A stretch of 38,114 nucleotides of DNA from an uncultured Clostridia bacterium (GTDB lineage Bacteria > Bacillota > Clostridia > TANB77 > CAG-508). The stretch is from contig CALXQA010000002.1 of the NCBI GenBank assembly GCA_944390335.1, positions 1-38,114 on the forward strand, in the 5' to 3' direction. Shown here in pieces: positions 30,573-38,114 of the stretch. The translations under genes were made by a program, and so were the position numbers. How positions within the stretch are numbered: the first letter of the stretch is position 1; each line of letters opens with the position of its first letter. The notes below the pieces were generated by a model. That model saw nothing but the letters and a program-made list of their open reading frames with translations, did not search any database and was not told where the DNA came from.

Positions 30573-31142
30573 ATGGAAAATTATAATTTTGATAAGTTTA
30601 ATAAAAAAGGAAGCATGAATAAAAGTTCAAATAATAAGTTTGACTTAGACAAAGAATATACATTAAAAGCTAAGAAATGCATTTATATTTCAATTGGTAT
30701 ATTTATATTTAGCTTTTGTACATACATATTTTTTCTTACTGGAAAATACAAATATTTTTCTTTTTCTAATTATACTAATGTAGAAAATAGTTTATTTGAC
30801 TTTGGCTTGATAATTGAAATTTTATCTTTTATTTCTTTAATTACATCTTTATTTTTTATTAGCAAAGGTAAAAAAGATTATGCTAAAAGATTTTTAATAA
30901 TTTCTATGTTTTGTTTAGCTTCACTTATTGCTTATGATGTTGTTTCTTTAATACTTAACATAGATGATATTACTATATTTAGTATAGGTTTTACTGGATA
31001 TTCAGTAGTAACTTATATAAGGTCTTTTAGTCTTGATTTAATTCTTAACATATTATATATGGCTAGCAGTTATAAATCTCTAGCTAAGTCTGAAGGGAAT
31101 ACTGATTACAATAGTTCTACTGATTGGTTTTATGAGAAATAA
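30573..31142 (+). CDS. Hypothetical polytopic membrane protein (about 189 aa).
   Basis: The ATG at 30573 lies 6 nt after GGAG, so the GTG at 30561 in the ORF track is less likely to be the start. There are four or more hydrophobic segments, and I recognise no motif. Confidence 0.55.
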   Translation: MENYNFDKFNKKGSMNKSSNNKFDLDKEYTLKAKKCIYISIGIFIFSFCTYIFFLTGKYKYFSFSNYTNVENSLFDFGLIIEILSFISLITSLFFISKGKKDYAKRFLIISMFCLASLIAYDVVSLILNIDDITIFSIGFTGYSVVTYIRSFSLDLILNILYMASSYKSLAKSEGNTDYNSSTDWFYEK

Positions 31143-31149
31143 TCTTTAT

Positions 31150-31178
31150 CAACCAAGGGGGACGGGCCTTTTTGGTTG
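31150..31178 (+). repeat. 29-nt G-rich palindromic intergenic repeat, copy B.
   Basis: caaccaagggggacgggcctttttggttg starts 8 nt after the stop codon of the plus-strand gene. Confidence 0.75.
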
Positions 31179-31194
31179 AAATTTAATAAAAATA

Positions 31195-31229
31195 AAAAAT
31201 ACAGGTTTAAATTTTAAACTTGTATTTTT
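31195..31229. terminator. AT-rich bidirectional terminator hairpin between convergent genes.
   Basis: AAAAATACAGGTTTAAA / TTTAAACTTGTATTTTT forms a 12-bp core containing one G-T pair. An A-run and a T-run flank it. Confidence 0.55.
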
Positions 31230-31260
31230 ATTTATATATAAGTATTTTAAGCATATACTT

Positions 31261-31289
31261 CAACCAAAAAGACCCGTCCCCCTTGGTTG
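31261..31289 (-). repeat. 29-nt G-rich palindromic intergenic repeat, copy C (inverted).
   Basis: The reverse complement is caaccaagggggacgggtctttttggttg, 1 nt different from copy B. It lies 12 nt downstream of the stop codon of the minus-strand gene 31302-32015, in the same relative orientation as copy B has to its own gene. Confidence 0.75.
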
Positions 31290-31301
31290 ATTTTGTTTGA
31301 T

Positions 31302-32015
31302 TTAATACTTAACATTTTGCACATCATCAAATAATACTGAATCTGCTTTAGTTACTTCATCTATTTTAGATTTATTTATAATTATTCTCATAATTATAAA
31401 TAAGTTAAGTCCTATTATTAATAAATAAATCATTAATTCAATTAATGTCTGCATTTTAAATCTATTGTATGCTTTTACATTTTCTTCTACAAATGTTTCT
31501 TTTACATTTTGAATGCCTACTCCTTCAAGTCCTACATTTATATTGACTTTATTAGGATTATCATAAGTTTCTTTATATTCTTCATCATATATTTTGCTAA
31601 ATTCACTTTCTGTATATTTATTATCCATATTTAATCTTATTCCAACAAATATTATAAATACTACAGATGAAATTATTAATATAGTACTTAAGAATTTTAT
31701 TAAATTATTTTTTTCTTTTATAAGAAAACTTACTCCTCCAATTAATCCTAATGATACTAGTGTACTTACTAATAGTGAATTTATATACATATTTTTAGTT
31801 GATTCTATAAAATCTGGTATAGATGTTTTATATGCAAAAATATATATTAATAAAAACATTATAATTATTGCTATTGTCACACATATATCTATTGTATACA
31901 ACGTTTTGTCTTGTATTGCTACTAAATATGTTCTCGTGCTAGCTACTACATTTGCATTATTTTCATCTTTTCCCAATCCAAAGTCTGGCATATCACCTCT
32001 TCCCATAAAAGCCAT
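31302..32015 (-). CDS. Hypothetical membrane protein (237 aa).
   Basis: ORF with several TM segments and an RBS-like GGAAGGA upstream. It lies 57 nt downstream of pcrA on the same strand. Confidence 0.55.
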   Translation of the reverse strand: MAFMGRGDMPDFGLGKDENNANVVASTRTYLVAIQDKTLYTIDICVTIAIIIMFLLIYIFAYKTSIPDFIESTKNMYINSLLVSTLVSLGLIGGVSFLIKEKNNLIKFLSTILIISSVVFIIFVGIRLNMDNKYTESEFSKIYDEEYKETYDNPNKVNINVGLEGVGIQNVKETFVEENVKAYNRFKMQTLIELMIYLLIIGLNLFIIMRIIINKSKIDEVTKADSVLFDDVQNVKY

Positions 32016-32072
32016 TTTTGTTTTTCCTTCCTTTTATTTTATTATTTCTTTATTCTTTTTTTTTTTACTTTT

Positions 32073-34373
32073 TTAGTTTAATACTTCTAAACCTGCAAAT
32101 TTTGCCATTAGTCTTTTATGCCCAAACTTATTAAATTCTATATCTACTTTTACATCATCCGCTTCTTTTTCTAATTTTGTAATCTCTCCTTCTCCAAATT
32201 TTTTATGGTATACTTTTTGTCCTACTTTATATTTAGATACATCTTCTATTCCTGATTGTTTCTTTGTTTCTAAATTTTTCAAAAAGCTTTCTGCTGATCT
32301 AAAACTAAAGCTTGGTTCTGGTGCTTTATTAATATTACTATTTGTATCAATTTTATATGTTGTAACTTTTGATTCTTTTTTCCCTCCATATCTCCATTCA
32401 AACTTAGAGTCCTCAAATATATCGAAGTTGTCATCATCTTCTTTTTCTCCTAATGCTTCATCATATCCTTCTAATAATTCTTGTGGTATTTCTTTTAAAA
32501 ATCTTGATGGTGGATTAAAGCTTGTTGAGCCGAATATTGTTCTTTTTCTTGCAAATGTAAGGAATAGATATTGTTTTGCTCTAGTTATTCCTACATAAAA
32601 TAGTCTTCTTTCTTCTTCTATATCTTCTGGATTGTCTATTGATTTATGTCCTGGAAATATTCCATCTTCCATTCCTACTAAGAAGACTACTGGGTATTCT
32701 AGTCCTTTTGCACTATGTAGTGTCATTAGTGTTACCATGTTATCTGTTTCTTCTAAATTGTCTGTATCACTTGATAATGATATTGTTTCCAGAAATTCTG
32801 GTAATGAGTTATCTGCTTCTTCTTTTTCAAATTCCATTGCTACTGTTAAAAATTCTTCCAAGTTTTCTATTCTGCTTTCTGCCTCTACTGTATTCTCATT
32901 TTTTAAGCTATCTGTATACCCACTTTTATTTAGAGTTTGCTTTATTAGTTCTGATATTGGTACATCTAATGACCTTAATTCTTCTATTAGTTTTATGAAT
33001 TCTCTTGTATTATTATATATTCTAGGTATGTATTTATCTGCTTCTTTTATAACTTGGTACATTGATATTCCGAGTTCTGCTGAAATTTTTTCTACATTTT
33101 CTATACTTGTTTTTCCTACTCCTCTTTTAGGTTCGTTTATAATTCTTTCTAGTGAAAGATTGTCTGCTGGATTGGCTATTAATCTTAAATATGCAATTAT
33201 GTCTTTTATTTCTTTTCTTTCATAGAATTTTAGTCCTCCTACAATTTTATATGGTATATCTTCTCTTCTTAAAATATCTTCTATTGCTCTTGATTGTGAG
33301 TTCATTCTATACAATACTACATAGTCTGAATATTTAAAGTATTCTTCTCTTCTTAATTTATTTATCTCTTCTACTATAAATGATGCTTCTCCATATTCGT
33401 CTTCTCCACAATATATATATGGTAGGTTTCCTTCTTCGTTTTCTGTCCATAGTTTTTTCTCATATTTATTTTGATTATGCTTTATTACTGCATTCGCTGC
33501 TTTTAATATATTTCCTGTACATCTATAGTTTTGTTCTAGTTTTACTATTTTTGAGCCTGGAAAGTCTTTTTCAAAGTTTAATATATTTGTAATATCTGCT
33601 CCTCTAAATCTATATATTGATTGGTCATTGTCTCCTACTACTGTAATGTTTCCAAATCTAGATGCTAATAGTGATATAAGCATAAATTGTGATTTATTTG
33701 TATCTTGGTATTCGTCTACTAATATATACTTAAATTTATTTGAATAGTAGTCTAGTACGTCTGCATTATCTGTTAATATGTTTATAGTAAAATTAATTAT
33801 ATCATCAAAGTCTATAGCATTATTTTCTCTTAATTTTTTTTGATATAGATAATATACCTTTGATGTTACTTCTTTTCTATAGTCTCCATTTGCAATTTCT
33901 TCATATTTCTCTGGTGTTAACATATCGTTTTTTGCATTGCTTATTTCTGATAGTATTGACCTATCTGTAAATAGTTTTGGGTCTATATTTAATTCCTTCA
34001 TACAGTTTTTTATTAATGTTTTTTGGTCTGTTGTATCAAATATTGCAAATGATTGTTCATATCCAATTCTATCTATGAATTTTCTTAATATTCGTACGCA
34101 AATAGAGTGGAATGTTCCAAGCCATATATCATTTATTGCATCTCCTACTAATGCATTTACTCTTTCTTTCATTTCATTTGCTGCTTTATTTGTAAATGTA
34201 ATGGCTAGAATATTCCATGGTTTTACACCTTTTTCTTTCATTAAATAGCTTATCTTATATGTTAATACTTTTGTCTTTCCTGAACCTGCTCCTGCTATAA
34301 CTAAGCATGGTCCTTCTGTTTCCATTACTGCTTCTTTTTGCCTTGGATTTAATTCTTTTAATAATTCTTCCAT
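32073..34373 (-). CDS. pcrA: ATP-dependent DNA helicase PcrA (UvrD/Rep superfamily 1A).
   Basis: Carries the helicase motifs AGAGSGKT, FTNKAANEM, VDEYQDTN, VVGDNDQSIYRFRGA, TLHSAKGLEYPVVFL and YVGITRAK. The C-terminal VGQKVYHKKFGEGEI Tudor-like tail is typical of PcrA. Confidence 0.95.
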   Translation of the reverse strand: MEELLKELNPRQKEAVMETEGPCLVIAGAGSGKTKVLTYKISYLMKEKGVKPWNILAITFTNKAANEMKERVNALVGDAINDIWLGTFHSICVRILRKFIDRIGYEQSFAIFDTTDQKTLIKNCMKELNIDPKLFTDRSILSEISNAKNDMLTPEKYEEIANGDYRKEVTSKVYYLYQKKLRENNAIDFDDIINFTINILTDNADVLDYYSNKFKYILVDEYQDTNKSQFMLISLLASRFGNITVVGDNDQSIYRFRGADITNILNFEKDFPGSKIVKLEQNYRCTGNILKAANAVIKHNQNKYEKKLWTENEEGNLPYIYCGEDEYGEASFIVEEINKLRREEYFKYSDYVVLYRMNSQSRAIEDILRREDIPYKIVGGLKFYERKEIKDIIAYLRLIANPADNLSLERIINEPKRGVGKTSIENVEKISAELGISMYQVIKEADKYIPRIYNNTREFIKLIEELRSLDVPISELIKQTLNKSGYTDSLKNENTVEAESRIENLEEFLTVAMEFEKEEADNSLPEFLETISLSSDTDNLEETDNMVTLMTLHSAKGLEYPVVFLVGMEDGIFPGHKSIDNPEDIEEERRLFYVGITRAKQYLFLTFARKRTIFGSTSFNPPSRFLKEIPQELLEGYDEALGEKEDDDNFDIFEDSKFEWRYGGKKESKVTTYKIDTNSNINKAPEPSFSFRSAESFLKNLETKKQSGIEDVSKYKVGQKVYHKKFGEGEITKLEKEADDVKVDIEFNKFGHKRLMAKFAGLEVLN

Positions 34374-34502
34374 TTTACGCCTCGTTTCTTATTATCTATT
34401 AAACTATTGTTCGTAATGATTGTACTATATTTTATATGTATAGTCAATTATTTTTCAACATTATATTTATACTTATTCAAAGGTTATTTTTCTAACTATT
34501 CT

Positions 34503-35771
34503 TTAATTCTTTAAGGCTGTTATTGGTATTACATATATTCCATCTGGTCTTCTTATTATTGCTTCATTTAATCCACTTATAATGCATAAAAATTTTGGCT
34601 TTTTTACAGATAAATCATAGAATTTTAATAAGTTTCTTGCTGCATCTTCTATCATATTTGTTCCTAGCTTTATTTCTATTGCTCCATAATCTCCGTTTGG
34701 CATTTCTAATATTGAATCTATTTCTAGTCCTGTTGTATTATCTCTAAAGTGATATAAATTTCCATTATAGCTTTCTATATAAATTCGTAAATCTCTCTCA
34801 CAAAGGGCTTCAAATAAAAATCCTAGAAAATTAACATCATTTAATAATTGTTCTGTTGTAAGCCCTAAAATACCACATACTAATGACGGATCTGTAAAAT
34901 GTCTTTTTGAAATTTTTCCTACTCTACTACTTGAACGTAAATTTATACTAAATGCTATTTGATTTTCTATAAGATGTAATTTTTCTAAAACATCAATATA
35001 GTCTAATATAGTGTTTCTACTTGCTATATCATTATCATCATTTACGTCTTGAATTATTTTACTATTAGTACTAATTGTGCTTTCATTGCGTGCTAGCGAT
35101 CTTAATATCATACGCATTTTATTTATGTCTCTATTCGTCCCATCTATGTTAGTTATATCAAAATTTAATACATCATTTATATAACTTTGAACTAATTCTA
35201 AACTTTGTTCTTCATTTGTTTCTATGCTTTGTGGCCATCCTCCCCTTATTATTAGTCTTATAATTTCTCTTAGGTCTACTTTACCCGTTAATTTATCTTT
35301 AATATTATTTTTGAATAAATCTTGTACAGATACATCTCCGCTTGAGTCTCCTGATTCATATAATGACATCGTATACATCTTCATTCTACATATTCTTCCG
35401 GCTCCAGAATGATGTATATCTTTAGTTACTGGTACGCTTGAGCCTGTTAATATATATTTTCCTTTTTTATTATCTTCATCACATTTATATCGAATTCCGT
35501 CCCATATACTTGGTACTTCTTGCCACTCGTCTATTAATTCTGGCTCTTCTTTATTTAAAATTAAATCTACATTCATTTGTGCTAATTTTCTTTCATTGAA
35601 GTTGTTACTAACATTATTTAAATAAACTACTGAGTTTGCATGATTTAATGCTGTCCACGTTTTTCCACACCATTTAGGTCCTTCAATACTTATGGCTCCA
35701 AAAATTTCTAAATTCTTTTTGATTTTTTCATCAATTATTCTTTTCTTATATCCTTCTTTCATCAGCGACAT
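34503..35771 (-). CDS. AAA-family ATPase with a DUF4143-type C-terminal domain; function unknown.
   Basis: AAGGAGGA lies 9 nt before the ATG at 35771 (MSLMKEGYKKR...). The Walker A-like motif is GPKWCGKTWTA and the Walker B-like motif is ELIDEWQ. The C-terminal half has the restriction-endonuclease-like fold typical of AAA_14 plus DUF4143 proteins. The ORF-track start at 35816 falls inside the upstream repeat array. Confidence 0.7.
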   Translation of the reverse strand: MSLMKEGYKKRIIDEKIKKNLEIFGAISIEGPKWCGKTWTALNHANSVVYLNNVSNNFNERKLAQMNVDLILNKEEPELIDEWQEVPSIWDGIRYKCDEDNKKGKYILTGSSVPVTKDIHHSGAGRICRMKMYTMSLYESGDSSGDVSVQDLFKNNIKDKLTGKVDLREIIRLIIRGGWPQSIETNEEQSLELVQSYINDVLNFDITNIDGTNRDINKMRMILRSLARNESTISTNSKIIQDVNDDNDIASRNTILDYIDVLEKLHLIENQIAFSINLRSSSRVGKISKRHFTDPSLVCGILGLTTEQLLNDVNFLGFLFEALCERDLRIYIESYNGNLYHFRDNTTGLEIDSILEMPNGDYGAIEIKLGTNMIEDAARNLLKFYDLSVKKPKFLCIISGLNEAIIRRPDGIYVIPITALKN

Positions 35772-35794
35772 CTGCAATATCCTCCTTAATTTAT

Positions 35795-35823
35795 ATATTA
35801 ACATATTGTTGGTCACTTTTCAA
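35795..35823 (-). promoter_or_regulatory. Putative promoter of the AAA/DUF4143 gene, overlapping the last 23-bp repeat.
   Basis: On the minus strand, TTGAAA is followed by a 17-nt spacer and TAATAT. It lies about 25 nt upstream of the RBS. Confidence 0.5.
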
Positions 35824-35892
35824 TATTTTTATTGGTTATTTTTCAAGCTTTTTATTGGTCACTTTTCAAGAAATTTATTGGACACTTTTTAA
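35809..35892 (-). repeat. Four tandem direct repeats with an exact 23-bp period.
   Basis: Repeat cores start at 35809, 35832, 35855 and 35878. On the plus strand they read ttggtcacttttcaa / ttggttatttttcaa / ttggtcacttttcaa / ttggacactttttaa. The array fills the whole rsgA-to-ATPase intergenic space. Confidence 0.85.
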
Positions 35893-35893
35893 T

Positions 35894-36997
35894 CTATCTG
35901 TTATTACTTATGCTAAAAGAATAAATTATGCGCGTAAAATTATTTATTATATTTTTTTCATTTATAACATCTTTTAAAATTCTTATATAACTTTCATATC
36001 TTTCTATACTAATAATTCCAGCTTTTACAGCTTGTTTTACCATGCACATTTCTACTGGTTCTTTATAGTGCATACAATTAGAATATCTACAACTCATTTC
36101 TAAATTTTTAAATTCAGGAAAATATTCTTGTATTTCATTTATTTTAAGATTAGATATATCTAAACTTCTTATTCTAGGTGTATCTATTATAGACGAGTTT
36201 TTATCCCAAGTATAATATTTTGATGATGTTGTTGTATGCCTACCTTTTCTACTTTTTTTACTAACATGCGTTGTTTTTATTTCATTATTATCCATTAGTG
36301 CATTTATTAATGATGATTTTCCTACACCACTATGTCCTAAAAAAATAGCTTGCTTTCCTCTTAAAACGTTTTTTAGTTCATTTATACCTTTTCTATCTAT
36401 TGCAATAGTTTCTATTACTGGTATTTTTATCTTTCTATATATATCTAATATTTTTTCATCTTCTTTTGTTTTTAAATCTGATTTATTTAAGCATATTGCA
36501 CATTCAATATCATTGTTTTGTAAAATCATTAAATATCTATCTATAAATTTTGGATGTAATGGTGGCATCTTTGCTGATACTACAATTATAGCAATATCAA
36601 TATTAGCTGCAATATTATGCCTACTTCCCGCATTTAAATTATTTCTTGTACTATCTTTTTTAGTTCTTGATAACATATTTTTTCTTTTAATTAAATTATT
36701 TATGTAATATTCTCCTTTGCATTCTTCTCCTATTACTACAATATCTCCAGGAAATATTGTTTTATTACATATCAAATTAATACCTTTTTTTAATCTAGCT
36801 GTGATTAATTTTCCGTTATAAAGTATAATTGATTCATTATATCTAGTCTCTATAACAATTCCAGTTGCTTTACTGGTTTTGTTAATAATAAACTTAATAA
36901 AAGATTCCTCTACATCTTCTTTTCTGGATTTTGCTCTTGCTTTCTTTGCTTTTGATTTCTTTATTTGCACACTATCATATCTTTCATAGTGTGGCAT
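35894..36997 (-). CDS. rsgA: Ribosome small-subunit biogenesis GTPase RsgA (YjeQ/EngC).
   Basis: Circularly permuted GTPase with G4 LNKSDL, G1 GHSGVGKSSLINAL and a G3-like IIDTPR motif, plus RKGRHTT. The C-terminal zinc-finger motif is CRYSNCMHYKEPVEMC, and there is an N-terminal OB-like region. Confidence 0.9.
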   Translation of the reverse strand: MPHYERYDSVQIKKSKAKKARAKSRKEDVEESFIKFIINKTSKATGIVIETRYNESIILYNGKLITARLKKGINLICNKTIFPGDIVVIGEECKGEYYINNLIKRKNMLSRTKKDSTRNNLNAGSRHNIAANIDIAIIVVSAKMPPLHPKFIDRYLMILQNNDIECAICLNKSDLKTKEDEKILDIYRKIKIPVIETIAIDRKGINELKNVLRGKQAIFLGHSGVGKSSLINALMDNNEIKTTHVSKKSRKGRHTTTSSKYYTWDKNSSIIDTPRIRSLDISNLKINEIQEYFPEFKNLEMSCRYSNCMHYKEPVEMCMVKQAVKAGIISIERYESYIRILKDVINEKNIINNFTRIIYSFSISNNR

Positions 36998-37177
36998 ATT
37001 TTTATCTCCCTAATCATTATTTATTTATACTTATAATACCTCTTTTTTTTACAATTCTTACAGATACATAACTAGTATCAAATAACATTTTTTCTATTTT
37101 TGAATTATTTATTTAATTAAATTTTTTTGTATTAATTCCAAAATAACTTTCTAAATTATTGATATATTAATTTATAA

Positions 37178-37497
37178 TTAACTTACTATCATTGCAAAAA
37201 GACCTATTAAAAATCCAAAAATATTACCTATTGCAGTCATTCTTCCTTGATAAAGTTTATTTGCTTCTGGTATAAGTTCTCCTGATACTATATAAAGCAT
37301 TGCACCTGCTGCAAATGCTAAACATACTGCTATTACTTCTGTTGATATGTTTCCAATAAATGCTCCTATTAAAGCTCCTATTCCCGTAGCAATTCCAGAA
37401 AGTATAACATATATCATTACTTTTAAAGGTTTCATGCCACCATTTTTCATTGGTATAGCCATTGATATTCCTTCTGGTTGATTCCGAAGTAGACAGT
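37178..37497 (-). pseudogene. 3' fragment of a ZIP-family (ZupT-like) metal transporter gene; the 5' part is missing.
   Basis: The open frame ...LRNQPEGISMAIPM...LAFAAGAMLYIVSGELIPEA...GFLIGLFAMIVS matches the last ~100 aa of ZIP transporters (HN.PEG and AaGaM...dEl.PE motifs). An in-frame TAA sits about 12 codons upstream of the ATG at 37462. No sequence for the N-terminal ~150 aa is present. Confidence 0.7.
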
Positions 37498-37520
37498 TAT
37501 AATGTTAATTATATTTTTAT

Positions 37521-37612
37521 CAAGTTATTTTGTCTGTCGAAATAACTTTTGTTCTTTGCCAAGTTGTTTTGTTTATTCAAAATAACTTTTGTATAGTCGT
37601 AAATTGTTTTGT
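37521..37612. repeat. Imperfect ~40-nt tandem repeat made of AT-rich hairpins (AAGTTATTT...AAATAACTT units ending in TTTTGT).
   Basis: The units caagttattttgt, cgaaataacttttgt, ccaagttgttttgt, caaaataacttttgt and cgtaaattgttttgt follow one another. They lie between the recombinase stop codon (37629) and the truncated ZIP gene. Confidence 0.7.
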
Positions 37613-37628
37613 AAAAATACTAGCATTT

Positions 37629-38114
37629 TTAAATAATATTATTCTCCTTTATAACAGATAAATTATTTAACTTCTTAAAATTAAAATATAAATCCACCTG
37701 TTTATCCTGATGTATTTCTATTCTGTTAACAAGTACTCTCATAATTTCCGGAGTTGGCTTTTCGAGTTTTAAAAATTCTTTTACAACTTTTTCTATCTCT
37801 TCAGCATTATCTTCTACGCACTCCTCTGCTTCTTTTTTTAAATCTATGTACTCTGTTTCTTTATCCTTTTCAGCTTTTTTCATTTTTTTAAAAAGTCTTT
37901 CATACATTTCTTCACTAAGTTTGTTATTTAGTTTATCAATATACATTTTGTCAATATTATTATTTATGAGTTCTATTTCTTTTTCTATTTTTTCCAACAT
38001 TTTTTTATAATCATATTTTGTTCTATTATTTTTAATATTTAACATAATTTTTTTATTGTCAATTTCAACAAATAATTTCCTTATATAATCAATTATCTGT
38101 TTTTCTAATCGCTC
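37629..38114 (-). CDS. Large serine recombinase, C-terminal part only; the ORF continues past the right window edge.
   Basis: The frame stays open upstream of the ATG at 38045, all the way to nt 38114 (ERLEKQIIDYIRKLFVEIDNKKI...). The coiled-coil region is followed by ...EFLKLEKPTPEIMRVLVNRIEIHQDKQVDLYFNFKKLN. This resembles the DUF4368-type tail of transposon and prophage large serine recombinases (TnpX/TndX-like). Confidence 0.6.
   Translation of the reverse strand, partial: ERLEKQIIDYIRKLFVEIDNKKIMLNIKNNRTKYDYKKMLEKIEKEIELINNNIDKMYIDKLNNKLSEEMYERLFKKMKKAEKDKETEYIDLKKEAEECVEDNAEEIEKVVKEFLKLEKPTPEIMRVLVNRIEIHQDKQVDLYFNFKKLNNLSVIKENNII

Noticed and set aside
35809-35892. The 23-bp tandem repeats here and the ~40-nt repeats at 37521-37612 considered as CRISPR arrays.
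   Set aside because: The repeats abut one another with no unique spacers of 25-40 nt. The units are too short and AT-rich, and no cas genes are present.
35894-36997. rsgA seemed long, with a Lys-rich N-terminal extension and DTPR instead of DTPG.
   Set aside because: All core elements are present: the OB region, the permuted G4-G1-G3 motifs and the zinc finger. The differences are within normal family variation as far as I can judge without alignments.
37139-37150. A 12-nt match (caaaataacttt) to the junction repeat core, on the other side of the ZIP fragment.
   Set aside because: It is a single short A/T-rich match in DNA that is about 75% A+T, so it could easily be chance. It is not enough to claim a second repeat end.

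Overview
This is an AT-rich (about 25-30% G+C by eye) Firmicutes/Clostridia-like chromosomal segment, transcribed almost entirely on the minus strand. No tRNA, rRNA or CRISPR array was seen. All calls rest on reading the sequence and ORF track by eye; no database or HMM search was run.

Left ~18 kb: an accessory surface-protein island.
- Two paralogous giant cell-wall-anchored proteins (2024 aa and 1965 aa), both ending in an LPPTG sorting signal.
- A 1634-aa partner protein directly upstream of the 2024-aa gene, 16 nt away.
- Between the two transcription units, a decayed group II intron whose 5' end lies 8 nt after an intrinsic terminator.

Right ~20 kb: core housekeeping genes interleaved with accessory cassettes.
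- Core genes: minC, a class B PBP2, mreD, mreC, mreB, radC, a DUF4321-like gene, mecA, pcrA, a DUF4143-type AAA ATPase and rsgA.
- A DUF285/BspA-type leucine-rich-repeat protein with a pilin-like N-terminus, and a 187-aa orphan, sit between PBP2 and minC.
- A decayed LamG-domain gene carries the same pilin-like N-terminus.
- There are several small repeat families.

Right edge: a ZIP-family metal transporter gene has lost its 5' part. It abuts the 3' end of a large serine recombinase gene that runs off the window, consistent with an integrated element.

The best candidate for something new is the mosaic giant-adhesin island. It has a possible thioester-type N-terminal domain, a swapped central cassette and a shared upstream regulatory module. 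I could not identify a clear-cut novel multi-gene system.
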